The notes under the pieces: generated by a model | Database searches by the model: none | Told to the model about the DNA's origin: nothing | The model's input: only the letters and a program-made list of their open reading frames with translations | Program-made: the position numbers and the translations under genes | From: Octopus sinensis | Taxonomy: Eukaryota | DNA: 64,000 nt | Reading direction: 5' to 3' | Assembly (NCBI RefSeq): GCF_006345805.1 | Contig: NC_043015.1 | Span: 31,496,001-31,560,000 of the forward strand | Shown here: in pieces, positions 38,190 to 51,663 of the stretch | Layout: each line of letters opens with the position of its first letter | Position numbering within the stretch: the stretch's first letter is position 1

Positions 38190-39180
38190 TGTGTGTATGT
38201 GTGTGTGTGTGTGTGTGTGCATATAGATGCAAGCATGGCTGTGGTGTTAACTTCTGAAAAGTACATTGTTTTGCATTCAGAGTTGTTGCACAGCACTTTG
38301 GACAGGTGTCACTAGTGACAGCTTTGGGTCAACCAAAGCTTCTTATGAGTGTATTCGGTAGATTGAAACTGAAGGATCTTATCACCCCCCCCCCCCGCCC
38401 CCACCTCCACACACACACATATATCCCCCACGTAAATGCGGATGTTCTGCTAGAGCGAAATATACTGTGGTAGATATCGCGAGAGAAACTCTCACAATTG
38501 GCTTTTGATTGTCAATTCACATACAACTCAAGAGCCATTCCATTTTAAGAACCTTTTCAAATCTATGGAAATACAATGTCCAGGCACTCAACAGAGGAAC
38601 TGCTGCTCAAGCACTTGACCAGATTTTACCATTATTATCATGTATTGTTCCCACTGTAGATGTTGCAAAGTACAATATTTTTTGCAATACGACTGAGATT
38701 TTCTCCTGTATCACAAACATTTTATAACAAGATATAACATCTATCAGAATACCTCTACAACTCTTTTTTTATATTATTCTCTTCATTTCCACTTAATAGT
38801 TCCCTTTTCAGTCATCTTGAATAAAAGCAGTGTTCTATATCTTATAAGGTTTGTGCTTAAATCCAAATAGTTGTGATGACAGAAAGGAAATCCGCTCTAA
38901 ATTGTAAAACTGTAGAATCCAAAATAAAAAAAAAATACTATTGATGTGGTCCTACTTTCAATTATCTTGGATTTGGTCATGATGGAAACAATTACTAAGA
39001 ATACAACACTATTTCCAGCTCTATTATTCCAGCTCATGACAAATTAGAATGGATCTTTTTCTTTTTTTTTTTTGTATTATGTAGGTTTGGGTCATAATAA
39101 GTAAAATGACCCAAGTAAATTACATACAACATGCCCCAAATTAATTGATCAATTAACTATTATCTGTTTTTCAATTAAAG

Positions 39181-39320
39181 CAAATGATAAACCAGATTTT
39201 ATTACTGTGGAGACACACAATAATGAATATTGGATCAGATGGATGCCGGCGCGACCTGGAGTTTCTAAGAATATCATCTGGTGTGTTAGTGAGATACCAT
39301 TGGACATGGTATCGTGTAAG
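39181..39320 (+). CDS. Cytokine receptor-like gene, exon H
   Basis: TTAAAG acceptor; GTGTGA donor; phase 1-0. Encodes SNDKPDFITVE...IRWMP...IIWCVSEIPLDMVSCK (the WC...C pattern of gp130 domain 5). Confidence 0.85.
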
Positions 39321-39625
39321 GTGTGATATTCGTCCAATCAGTTTGTATATCCTTTTTATTATTTACTGTGGTTATTTAGGCCCAGATTAGTCTTGATCCA
39401 AAAGACCTATGATCAGCTGTGATCACCATGTCTTTTAGTCTGGCATAGTGTATCTAGAGCTACATCATCTGTTTCTTCCTGATATTTTAGCTCTTGGTCT
39501 GCCTTCTTATCTTTTGTTAAAGGGGGCTGTCTTTAGGCCCTTTAATCTTGCAAGGTTCAAGGTAACTTCTCTAGTGGTGGTGCCATGAAAGAGGCATACA
39601 GTACACTGTAAAATGCTCAGCATAA

Positions 39626-39846
39626 CCCTTTCATTACTGTATTTATTTTGAGATGCTCTGTGTTTCTTTCAATTATTTTAAATATAACAAAGAATTTAGT
39701 AAAATGACTTAGTTATCATTCAGCTAGTGTTAGGAACATAAATTGTGACTAAGGTTTGGTGGAAGATTTTAATTCAAAACTTATGGAAACAAGACATTTG
39801 TACTACAGAGCCAGAGCCGGTTTTGGCCGGGTTAGTAACAAAAGGG
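39626..39846. mobile_element. piggyBac-type MITE B, inverted copy
   Basis: Reverse complement of 15299-15518; flanked by ATAA on both sides. Confidence 0.8.
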
Positions 39847-40097
39847 ATAAGGAAAGGCATCCAACCATAGAAACCATGCCAAAACAGGCCTTGGCGCATG
39901 ACACAATGCACTGACTTGTCAGATCTTGTGGAACTATTCAAACCATGTCAGTACGGAGAACAGATATGAAATGATGATGAGGAGGATGAGGATGAGGATG
40001 ATGATGAGGATGAGGATGATGATGAGGATGATGGTGATGATAATGATATGATTTATGTTCCCTTATATGTTTTTTTTCCTCTCTTTTTTTTTTCTAG

Positions 40098-40248
40098 AAT
40101 ATTTCATGGGTAACAACTAACGACAGCATGTTCCACATGTACCTCTATAATAAATTTCAAAATTCCTTATCGGTAGCCGTGTCCTACAATGGAATTAAAG
40201 GTAGCAGTGGTCTCACTCAGAGTGAATGTTTGGTGAACACAGGTAAAG
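40098..40248 (+). CDS. Cytokine receptor-like gene, exon I
   Basis: T-rich CTAG acceptor; GTACGT donor, with an in-phase alternative GTAAAG 6 nt upstream; phase 0-1. Encodes NISWVTTN...SGLTQSECLVNTGK. Confidence 0.8.
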
Positions 40249-40508
40249 GTACGTTCTCTCTCTTCTTTCTACAGCTCCACAATCTCTAGATCAGGGGGTT
40301 CTCAACTATTTTTCATCTATGGATTCCTTTGATTACTATTTTATTCTGGTGCATCCCCCACAGCCATTTGATGTTTAAAAACTAATTTTATAGAATTCCT
40401 TCCAAAATTCCTATTTTGTTTTCCACACATTGACTTGTGTAGGTTGAACTATGTAAAATGTTAAAGAAAGAAACCTTGTTGTTTCTTGTGATACAGATAT
40501 ATATATAT

Positions 40509-40558
<50 letters not shown>

Positions 40559-40812
40559 GTATATATACAAAATAAGAAAATGGAGAAATACATCCAAATC
40601 AAATATCAACTACCAGATAATACCCAATCACATACTTTATTAAACCACCACATAAGAAACTTTAAGGTCAAACATAAAGTGTACATAAAGGAGTAATATG
40701 ATACAATAAGTACAATATGTATAAGAGAATATAAATATAAATAAATATAAATATAAATATAAACTATATCTTACAGCTGTTTCGGCCATGCAGATAAGTA
40801 TGTCTCATTTTA

Positions 40813-40857
<45 letters not shown>

Positions 40858-40954
40858 TCTAAAGTAAAAATTTTTCAGAGGCCCTTAAGATGACTTGTGA
40901 CCATTATACTGCAACACTTTTCATGTTGTCCATTTTCTTCTCGCTTTTTGTCAG

Positions 40955-41125
40955 TTGCCAAGCGTGGAGGTATGCCCAAGTTAGAAAGCCCACTAATATT
41001 TTCTGCTAACCTGGAAGGTGATGTTGGTCTTCATGTTGTTCTACCTGAGGTAAAATGTAACAATTTACTTGGTTTACCTGCATACTTCCAAGTTGATTAC
41101 AGTCCTGGACGCTACTGTACTAAAG
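40955..41125 (+). CDS. Cytokine receptor-like gene, exon J
   Basis: TTTTGTCAG acceptor; GTAAGC donor; phase 1-1. Encodes ...PEVKCNNLLGLPAYFQVDY (FN3 PxxCxxxNGxIxxYxVxY-like). Confidence 0.85.
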
Positions 41126-42134
41126 GTAAGCTACTACACCTTCTAGTTGTTGTTGTTGTTGTTGTTTAACCCCGGGATCATCTCTGATCCACCCTGTCTA
41201 GAACATGTTGTTGAATGTGATCTTCCATCATTTTTTAAGATGGTAGAGTGTGATTTGAGGCAAATCTAACTGGCTGCTATTTCTAGCAGGTCAAGTCTTC
41301 TTCGTTGGCTTGATCTTGTAGTCGTTACCAGAGTGGTGATGGTCGTGTATTTGTTTGTTGTTGTTGTGATGGTGGTTGTAATAGTGGTTGTGGTGGTGCT
41401 GGCAATTACATGATGTTGTCATTAGTGAAATGAGGATGTTGGGGTAGTAGTTGCTGTGATGGTGGTGGTTGTGGTAATGGTGGTGTTATAATTGTGGAGA
41501 TGGTGTTAGGATGTGATAGTGGTAGCTGTGATAGTATGGTTATAGTGGAGGTATTGTGGTGGTGTTATGTTGTTGTTGTGGTGGTGGTATTGGTGGTATT
41601 TTGATCATATGCTTGTTGTGATCTGATTTAATATTGCTGTTGTGATGTGCTGATATAATGGTTTTTGTGGTTATGATTGTTGTGAAGATGATAGTCATGT
41701 GTGTTGGTGGTAGCAGTGTTGGTGTAGTAGTAGTAGTAATATTGGTTTGAAATTTTGGCACAAGGCCAGCAATTTCGGAGGAGGGGAAAGTTGATTACAC
41801 TGACCCCAATGCTCAGCTGGTATTGGTATTTATTTTATCATCTCCGAAAGGATGAAAGGCAAAGTCAACCTTGGTGGAATTTGAACTCAGATCATAGAGA
41901 TGGACGAAATGCCACTAAGCATTTTGCCCGACTGAGCTGTAGTAGTAATATTTTAGTGTGTTGTTGTTGTGATAATAGTTCTTGCAATACTACTCTTTAC
42001 GATTGTTGTTGTACTTATCATAAAAGAAAGCCCTCACCATTACAAGACCTGGCTTTCTTAAGTCATAGTGATAGCAGGGTTAACCACCCCAACTACATAA
42101 GGTTTGATATAAAATTCAGGAGTGTCAAGTGTCA

Positions 42135-43016
42135 CTAAGTTTGGTTGTTAATAGGTATGATTTAGTCTGATGTTTTAAATATAGATTCTTTGACAAAGTG
42201 ATCTGACATTTTGGACTCAAATTTTTTGACAAACTGCTTTGATGTTTTGGACATAGATTCCGCAACAGTTAAGACACCCCTGCCGGTGACACGTAAAAAG
42301 CACCGTCTGAACATGGCAGATGCCAGCGCTGCCTGGCTGGCATCTGTGTTGGTGACACGTAAAAGCATCAACCGATTGTGGCCGTTTGCCAGCCTGCTCT
42401 GGCCCCTGTGCCGGTGGCATGTAAAAGGCACCCATTACACTCACGGAGTGGTTGGCGTTAGGAAGGGCATCCAGCTGTAGAAACACTGCCAGATCAAGAT
42501 TGGAGCCTGGTGCAGCCTCCATGGCTTCCAGACCCCGGTTGAACTGTCCAACCCATGCTAGCGTGGAAAACAGATGTTAAATGATGACATTTTGGACATA
42601 GATCCTTTGACAAAATGATCTGACGCTTTAGGTATAGATCTTTTGACAGAGTGGTTCAACAGTTTGAGCCTAGCTCCTTCAATGGAATGCTTTCAATGGT
42701 CTTTCACTCTAATGTTTCAAATACAGGTCCTTTGATAGAATGGACCAACATTTCAGACATAGATCCTTCAACAGGGTGGTCCAATGTTTTAGGCACACAT
42801 GTCCTTCTACTTTTTCACTCGTCCTGTCAACCAGATTTATTAACATCTACAACCTCTGTTGGATTTCATTACAAAACTTTGGCACAAGAAGAATCTATGT
42901 CCAAAACATCAAAGCATTTTGTCAAAAAATCTGAGTCCAAAATGTCAGACCACTTTGTCAAGGAATTTGTATTTAAAACATCAGACTATATCATACCTAT
43001 TAACAACCAAACTTAG
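42135..43016. mobile_element. Fold-back element with about 125-bp internally repetitive TIRs and a nested RTE 3' end (42270-42585)
   Basis: CTAAGTTTGGTTGTTAATAGGTATGA...GACATAGATTC (42135-42259) matches the reverse complement of 42892-43016; has about 33-bp GACATTTTGGACATAGATCCTTTGACAAA subrepeats. Confidence 0.8.
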
Positions 43017-43497
43017 AATAGTCAGCTGGCAGAAGCATGAGCTCATTGGACAAAACACTTAGCAGCATTTCTTCTGGGCCTTTACTTTCTGAGTTCAAAT
43101 TCTACTCAGGTCAACTTTGCCCCTTTCATCTTTCATTTTTTTAGGCTTGTTAAAATAAAGTACCAGACAAGTACTGGGGGGGGGGGGGCGATGTAATCAA
43201 CTATCGCGCTCCCACTGAAATTGCTGGCCTTGTACCAAAATTTGAAATGGCTATTACAATTGTTACTAACAAAGATCAATAGACCAGCCCCTCTCAACTG
43301 TTTTCTTGGATCCTGGATATTACCCTAAAAATAGTTGACCCCCAAAGTTAACCATGTAAAATAGATTGTGTGACAGTCATGCATTTCTCAATTAACCTTT
43401 ATTTGTTCTCCCTTTTCTGAAACAGCAACAATAAAAACAAACAAACAAGCAAAAAAATCATATAACCAACTTTCTTACAAAACGTTTTTATTTGCAG

Positions 43498-43662
43498 GCA
43501 ACAGGAAGAACATATCAAGGGACGGATTAAAGCCCAGTGTTAAAAGTGTAGTACTTGATAATCTGTTATCCGACACGGATTATGCTATATGCTTCAGTAT
43601 CGTGACCTCAGAATACCAGACAGTCAGGAGTGACCCATTTATTGTGAGGACCGAAAAAGATG
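43498..43662 (+). CDS. Cytokine receptor-like gene, exon K
   Basis: TTTGCAG acceptor; GTGAGA donor; phase 1-1. Encodes VVLDNLLSDTDYAICFSIVTS...SDPFIVRT (FN3 LxxLxPxTxY). Confidence 0.9.
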
Positions 43663-43693
43663 GTGAGATATTCTTATACATCTTATCTCTTCT

Positions 43694-43752
<59 letters not shown>

Positions 43753-44363
43753 TCTGTCTGCCTGTCTGTCTGTCTGTCTATCTCTTTGCCTGTCTGTCTA
43801 TCTTATATCTGTCCTTCCAAGCTCCCATTCATCTACTATAATATGTATGTATGTATGTATGCATACATGCATGCATGTATGTATGTATGTATGTATGTAT
43901 GTATGTATGTATGTATGTATGTATGTATTAGAGCATACGTGCATGCATGTATGTATGTATGTATGTATGTGCGTATGTATGTATGTATGTATGTATTAGA
44001 GCATACGTGCATGTATGTATGTATGTGTGTGCATATGTATGCATGTATGTATGTATATATGTATGTGCGTATGCATGTATGTATGTATATATGCATGTAT
44101 GTATGTATGTTTGCATGTGCAGGCTTAACTGTGTGGTAGGAAGTTTGCTTTCCAACCACTAGGCTCTGCGTTCAGCCCCTCTGTGTGGCACCTTGGGCAA
44201 GTGTCTTCTACTATAGCAGGGGTTCTCAAGCATTTTTTATCTATGCACCCCATTGATTACAATTTTACTCTGGTGGACCCCAAGTTGAGGACCACTATAC
44301 TATAGCCTCACACTGACTAAAGACTTGTGAGTGAATTTGGGGGACAGAAACTTAAAGAAGCCC

Positions 44364-44402
<39 letters not shown>

Positions 44403-44411
44403 ATGTGTGTG

Positions 44412-44466
<55 letters not shown>

Positions 44467-44680
44467 GTTTGTCCCTCACCACCACTTGACAACCAGTGTT
44501 GGTGTGTTTGTATCCCCATAACTTAGCGGTTCAGCAAAAAAAGGACCAAGAGAATAATACCAGATTTTAAAAAATAAGTACTGGATTGATTCATTTGATT
44601 AAAATTCTTTGAGGCAGTGCCCCAGCATGGCCACAGTCTAATGACTGAAACAAGTAAAAGAATAAAAGAATATATACAAA

Positions 44681-44723
<43 letters not shown>

Positions 44724-44798
44724 CAGTACTAAGTGACCCTGCACTAGATAATAACAGTTGATTATTTATTTTTATTATTTTCTCAATGTTTACTGCAG

Positions 44799-44917
44799 TG
44801 TTTTTACCCAGAGTTGAAGGTCTGACAGCAGTAAAAGTGACTAACTCCAAAATTATGTTGATATGGAAACATACAGACACAGATAACATCATAACTCACT
44901 ACCAAATCAGTGTTAAG
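44799..44917 (+). CDS. Cytokine receptor-like gene, exon L
   Basis: CTGCAG acceptor; GTAATT donor; phase 1-0. Encodes VFLPRVEGLTAVKVTNSKIMLIWK...IITHYQISVK. Confidence 0.85.
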
Positions 44918-45850
44918 GTAATTATCCATTTTGAAACTGTTCCATAAATATGTATGATATATATATATATATAGGTGTACTTGCTTACAAACCACACGGT
45001 TCCGGGTTCAGTCCCACTGCGTGGCACCTTGGGCAAGTGTCTTCTACTATAGCCTCAGGCCGACCAAAGCCTTGTGAGTGGATTTGGTAGACGGAAACTG
45101 AAAGAAGCCTGTTGTATATATGTATATATATATATGTATGTGTGTGTGTATATGTTTATGTGCCTGTTTTTGTCGCCCCAACATCGCCTGACAACCGATG
45201 CTGGTGTGTTTACGTCCCCATAACTTAGTGGTTCGGCAAAAGGGACCAATAGAATAATTACTAGGCTTACAAAGAATAAGTCCTGGGGTCGATTTGTTCT
45301 CCTAAAGGCGGTGCTCCAGCATGGCCACAGTCAATATATATATATATATACATAATGTTTCGTTCCATGATGGTAAGATCAACAAAAAAAGTACTTCATA
45401 TGGTGAAAGGTAAATATTGTTTAATAGACACAATACATGTTATTTACGTGTTACTAATAGTTTCTTGTGCTGAGAACATGTCTAATAATGCATTATAACA
45501 TGTGTATCTCCTCTGCACAGCCATCAGGCACAAACTATATAGCATAATGTACTCCTCCTCCTCATCATCATCGTTTAACATCCGTTTTCCATGCTAGCAT
45601 GGGTTGGACGATTTTGACTGAGAGCTGGCGAACCAGATGGCTGCATCAGGCACCAATCTTGCTCTGGCAGAGTTTCTACAGCTGGATGCCCTTCCTAACA
45701 CCAACCACTCCGAGAGTGTAGTGGGTGCTTTTTACGTGCCACCAGCACGGGGGCCAGTCAGGCGGTACTGGCAATGACCTCGCTCGAATCTTTTTACACA
45801 TGCCACCAGCACAGGTGCCAGTAAGGTGACATTGGTAACGATATATATAT

Positions 45851-46105
45851 ATACAGAATTTAAAGGACTGACCACTAAAAGTGGACGGTCAACATGCTAG
45901 ATATAGACGTCAAATCGCTATTTTCCACAAAGAATATGTTCTCAAGTAAAAACTCAGCACAAAACCAAAGCATTAAAAATAAGCAAGACAAATTGAAAAT
46001 ATACGAAATAAAAATGCGAAATAAAAATGTGGAAAATAGCGATTTGACGTCTATATCTAGCATGTTGACCGTCCACTTTAGTGGTCAGTCCTTTAAATTT
46101 TGTAT
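45851..46105. repeat. Near-perfect fold-back, 78-bp arms, about 98-bp loop
   Basis: ATACAGAATTTAAAGGACTGACCACT...CTATTTTCCACA versus its reverse complement at 46028-46105, with about 2 differences. Confidence 0.9.
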
Positions 46106-46192
46106 GTAAAAATATTTTAATCTTCGGATTTTTTTATATGCTAGGCCACTGGTTTTAATTGATTAATATCAATTTCTACCCTTATTAAATTT

Positions 46193-46224
<32 letters not shown>

Positions 46225-46227
<3 letters not shown>

Positions 46228-46329
46228 GAATGAGTACTAGGCTTACAAAGAATAAGTCCTGGGGTTGATCTCTTTGACTAAAGGTGGTGCTCCAGCATTG
46301 CTACAGTCAAATGACTGAAACATGTAAAA

Positions 46330-46379
<50 letters not shown>

Positions 46380-46476
46380 AGTACTAGGCTTACAAAGAAT
46401 AAGTCCTGGGGTTGATCTCTTTGACTAAAGGTGGTGCTCCAGCATTGCTACAGTCAAATGACTGAAACATGTAAAA

Positions 46477-46490
<14 letters not shown>
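46225..46490 (+). repeat. Exact tandem duplication of a SINE-1 3' end plus (TA)n, period about 148 bp
   Basis: TAGAATGAGTACTAGG...CATGTAAAAGAATATA occurs twice identically. Confidence 0.9.
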
Positions 46491-46517
<27 letters not shown>

Positions 46518-47774
46518 TTACTCTACATCTCTGTATTTTGTGTCATATATATATTTTTTAATATTTGATATCGTTTATCAAGCATGATACAACATGTATA
46601 AATGTGAATGAATGGATGTGTGTATGTGTGCATATGTATTTACGCATATTTGTGGGCGGAAATGAAAGAAAATCCCATTACCATCCACATTGTCTCCTTT
46701 GGGAGATAGTGGCCCAGATAATCTAACAGCCCACATTTTTAGCTCCTCTCAAAACAAATTCATCAGCCAGCAGGATATTACCCTCTGCTGGCTCCTCTCT
46801 GTATAAATTAACCCCACCCTAACTGGTGTTATTGCTGAGGAGTTTGCTAAACACTCTTATTCGCAGTTCTTGTTTTGAACATATTTAGTCTTGTTTAATG
46901 TACTTTGCACCACTTGTATTTGATTGAGTAGACTGCACAGGATTAGTTAACGATGCTGAAATCTTAGGGAAAAACACATACTTAGAATGTTGTGCATGAA
47001 TGAACATATACACACACAAATATAAAAGAAGCCCTTAACCTATATGAAAACTGACATTGCCTGTTTTCTTATCTGTTGAAAGCTACCCCGTGAGGATTAA
47101 AGCAGTGGTCACTGCAAGGCATTGCACTGACCGTTTGTCTCTCTCTCTCTCTCTCTTACACACACACACACAACTGTATATATTGCTGTTGATCGTTCCC
47201 AATGTCTATTATCATCGTCATCATTTTAACGTTGCACTTTTCCCTACTTGTACGGGTCTGACCAGTCATCGAAGCAGATTTTCTATGGTTGATGTTCTTC
47301 CTTTGCCATCCCTCACTCGTTTCCAGTTAAAGTGACATTTCCCCTTGGTCGGGCATCAGTTTTTGGAAACGAATAACTCCATTTGTGTATTGGTACCACT
47401 TACAACTATCACATAATGTCAGAATGCATCATCATCCTTTAATATCCATTGTCCATGCTGCTATAGGTTGGATGGTTTTACCAGAGTTGGAAAGCAGGTG
47501 ATCTGCACCAAGTTCCAGTCTGATTTGGCTTGGTTTCTACAGTTAGAAGCCCTTTCAATATGCTAACCATTGTTACGGAGTGTGCTGGGTGCTTTTTATG
47601 TGGCACCAGCACAGGTGATTTTTGTGTGGCACAGGAGCTTTTACATGTTGCTGGCATAGGTGTTTTTTTACATGGCACCAGCACAGGGCTGTTGCAGACC
47701 ATTTCTCTTCAGCAGAGGTGCAGCATTAACACATCTGCTGTGGAGGACAGATCTTCTTGAGTATAGCAAGGTGC

Positions 47775-48041
47775 CAGATATCTCGATCCTTTGTCATCCC
47801 CTTCGTTAGGTTCAGTATCCTGAGGTCGTCCTTCAATATTTTATCCCCAGATATCTTGGTCCTTTGCAATCCCCTCAATTAGGTTCAGTGTCCTGAGATT
47901 GCCCTTCAGCATTTTACCCCCAGATATTTTGATCCTTTGTCATTCCCTCAATTAGGTTCAATGTCCTAAGGACGTCCTTCAGCACTTTATCCCCAGATAT
48001 CTCAATCCTTTGCCATCCCCTCCATAAGTTTCAGTCTCCTG
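47775..48041. repeat. 73-bp tandem repeat, about 3.7 copies, grown from an RTE segment
   Basis: CAGATAT starts at 47775, 47848, 47921 and 47994; the unit start matches the RTE remnant seen at about 36460-36520. Confidence 0.85.
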
Positions 48042-48438
48042 ATATGTATATTTATACACAACACATTTCCCTCAGTTTCCGTCTACTAAACCCACTCAGA
48101 AGCAAGCCCCTTAATCACAGAGCCATGACTGTGTGGCATGGGTGCACGTAGGGCTGCGTGCTAAGAAGCTTGCTTCCCAATTACATGGTTCCATCTGCTT
48201 ATAGTAAAAAGACCTATTTGCCAACTGTATAATTTATCATTTATCACGTTTTTTAATCATATGGTTACCATGTAATTACTTTATGAGTTTATATTTCATA
48301 TTCTGTGATGTTCCGTAAGTAATTGGCTATTTCAACAGAAGAATTACTTATAAGTATTGCGTATATAATAATATAGGAACGTGGGTGGGTGAGTGTGTGG
48401 GAGAGTGGAAACGTGAAAGAAGGAGAGAGAGGGATGAA

Positions 48439-48475
<37 letters not shown>

Positions 48476-48576
48476 TGTTTATCAGTATCTTTTTTATGGT
48501 ATATAAATAGCGCAAATGATATTCAGAAAATTAGCTACATAAACTCTCTAGCTTATGATATATTAAAATGGTGCTG

Positions 48577-48793
48577 ATATATGTGTGTGTGTGTGTGTGT
48601 GTGTGTTTATATATATATATGTGTGTGTGTGTGTTTATATATATATGTGTGTGTGTGTGTGTGTTTATATATATGTGTGTGTGTGTGTTTATATATATAT
48701 GTGTGTGTGTGTTTATATATATATGTGTGTGTGTGTGTTTATATATATATATGTGTGTGTGTGTTTATATATATATGTGTGTGTGTGTGTGTT

Positions 48794-48826
<33 letters not shown>

Positions 48827-48905
48827 TATATATATATGTGTGTGTGTGTGTGTGTTTATATATATGTGTGTGTGTGTGTCTGTGTGTGCGTGTGTGTGTG
48901 TACAC
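48577..48905. repeat. Higher-order (TG)n-TT-(TA)n microsatellite
   Basis: About 12 units of GTGTGTGTGTTTATATATATAT. Confidence 0.95.
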
Positions 48906-49777
48906 ACACCTCTTTTTTTATAGTCCCAAAGGTCAAAAGAATAAATAATCTAAAATTCCCTATGTAGATCTGATAATAGAAGAAGTTAGAAGAGAATATT
49001 TATCTTGCATGCTTCAGTGGAGTTACTCCCTTAAAACAAAGTCTCAGTTTGGTTTGAAGTAGTTTTGACAAGGAAACCTTGATAAGAGATGGTCTGATAA
49101 ACCGCTGGTATTTTTAGTGATATTTTTTCTCTTGTAACACACATTTTGTATTAAATACACTGAACAACCCTTTAATATTATGCTGTTACTTAAGGAAGTG
49201 AGATGGCAGAATTGGTAGCTAGCTGTGCAAAATGCTTAGAGGCATTTCATCCATCCTTGCATTCTGAGTTCAAATTCCACTGAGGTCAACTTTGCCTTTC
49301 ATCCTTTAGTGGTTGACAAATTAAGTACCAATCATATACTAGGGTTGATATGATTGACTTATCCCCTCCCCACAAATTTCAGACCTTGTGCCTATAAGTA
49401 GAAAGGATTATTATAAAGGCGGTGAGCTGGCAGAATCATTAGTATGCTGGATGAAATGCTTAGCTGTATTTCACTTGTCACTACGTTCTGAGTTCAAATT
49501 CCACCGAGATTGATTTTTGCCTTTCATCCTTTCGGGGGTCGATAAAATGTAACCGACTATACCTCTCCCTCAGATTTCAGGCCTTGTTCCCGGCGTTAGG
49601 AAGGGCATCCAGCTGTAGAAACTCTGCCGGATCAGATTGGAGCCTGGTGCAGCCATCAGGTTCGCCAGTCCTCAGTCAAATCGTCCAACCCATGCTAGCA
49701 TGGAAAGCGGACGTTAAACGATCATCATCATCATCATCATCATCACCACCACCACCACCACCACCATCATCATCATC

Positions 49778-49812
<35 letters not shown>

Positions 49813-50169
49813 TAATGATAATATAGTGAAAAGACTTGGCTGATCAGAATTCAAAGGGGAAAACCCACAACATCTTAATTTCATTATTATAGGTGCAGGC
49901 ATGGATGTGTGAGTAAGAAGCTTGCTTCCTAACCTCATGGTTTCAGGTTCAATCCCTTTGCATGCATTTTGGACGAGTGTCTTCTGTTATAGCCTCAGGC
50001 TGACCAAAGCCTTCTGAGTGAATTCAGTAAGCAGAAGTTCTATTGTGTGTGTGAAAAACCTTGTGCCTCCTTTGATAAATAGGAAGGAATGTGTTAAATG
50101 CATACGTTAATACTTTTCCTTGTTTTTGACATTCTTTGACCATCAAACTCCTTTTTCATGTATTCCCAG

Positions 50170-50347
50170 AGTGCGAAAAGCTCAACAGAACAAGTGATGT
50201 TGGTTTCTGTCATGAACATGCCAATTCAATTCAAAATATTCGACTCTCTGATGAAGTCTGTCAGTTATGACTTCACTGTGGTTCCCTGTAACATGATTGG
50301 TTGTAATGGAAAGAAGGCCCATACCAATTACACACTGCATCCAAACG
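50170..50347 (+). CDS. Cytokine receptor-like gene, exon M
   Basis: TTCCCAG acceptor; GTAAGA donor; phase 0-1. Encodes IFDSLMKSVSYDFTVVPCNMIGCNG. Confidence 0.85.
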
Positions 50348-50663
50348 GTAAGACTTACACATTCCGTATTTTTATTATTATTATTATTAAGGCGGTGAGC
50401 TGGCAGAATCGTTAGCACGCCAAGCAAAATGCTTAGCGGTATTTTGTCCCTCTTTGCATTCTGAGTTCAAATTCCACCGAGGTTGACTTTGCCTTTCATC
50501 CTTTCGGGATTGATTAAATAAGTACAAGTTACACTTTGGGGTTGATGTAATCAACTTTGTCACTTCCCCCAAATTTCAGGCCATGTGCCTACAGTAGAAA
50601 GGATTATTATTATTATTATTGTTATTATTTAAAAAAAAAAATTATTATTATTATTATTATCAA

Positions 50664-50704
<41 letters not shown>

Positions 50705-50740
50705 TTATTATTAATATTATTATTATTATTATTTTTTAAA

Positions 50741-50776
<36 letters not shown>

Positions 50777-50796
50777 TTTTAAAATTATTATTATTA

Positions 50797-50850
<54 letters not shown>

Positions 50851-51143
50851 TAGGTTGATAGAATCATTAGAGTATTGGACAACAGAGCTTATAAAGAGCT
50901 GTATTTACTTACATCTCTTTATAGTCTAAGTTCAAATCTATTCAGGTTTGATTTTCTCTGTCTTTCTCCAGGGATCAATAAAATAAAGTACTGGGTTTAA
51001 TTAAAGTAACTTATTCCCACCAAATCTCAGGGCCTCATACCTATATTTGAAACGCTTATTATTGTTGTTGTTTCAATAATCTTATTTTTATTACAAAACA
51101 TTATTGTTGAAATAATACATTTCTAAATTTTTCAGTGATAGGA

Positions 51144-51612
51144 TGTTGTCAACTTAATGTGACAGCCCCAGGAAAGGGAAGAATGCTACTGTTATTTAGC
51201 CCTAGGAAACACCGTTTCCAGTTGGCTATGTGACACAAGCATACTGTGTCCTTATGTTTTCAAACTGGAGAGATAAGCACCCCCAGCCACCATCCAGAGC
51301 CTAGTTTCAGAGTAATTGCTCTTCATCAGTCTGCAGTAGCTTGACATGCTAGCTGTCAATGCTTATTCACTTTTGAAAACATATAGAATTTCAAATGAAA
51401 TAAATTCACTGATCTACAAAATTAGAAATATTGCATTTCTAAATCTCTTAGAGGGACTTATAAAGTAGCAGCATGACAAAGTGTTCCCCTGTTTGAAAAC
51501 ATAAGGACACAGTACGCTTGTGTCACATAGCCAACTGGAAGCAGTGTTTCCTGGGGCTAAACAGCAGTAGCATTCTTCCCTTTCCTGGGACTGCCACATT
51601 AAGTTGGCAACA
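51144..51612. repeat. Fold-back with about 125-bp arms enclosing a hammerhead motif
   Basis: 51144-51268 is the reverse complement of 51488-51612 (about 90% by eye). Confidence 0.9.
51293..51335 (-). ncRNA. Minimal type I hammerhead ribozyme motif with one core substitution
   Basis: Minus strand TGCAGA-CTGATGA-AGAG-CAATTA-CTCT-GAAA-CTAG-GC-TCTGGA. Stems I, II and palindromic stem III are present; U16.1 is replaced by G. Confidence 0.6.
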
Positions 51613-51663
51613 AACCATCACTTTAACTTTGTTGTTGTTATTCATATTATTTTCTATTTCCAG

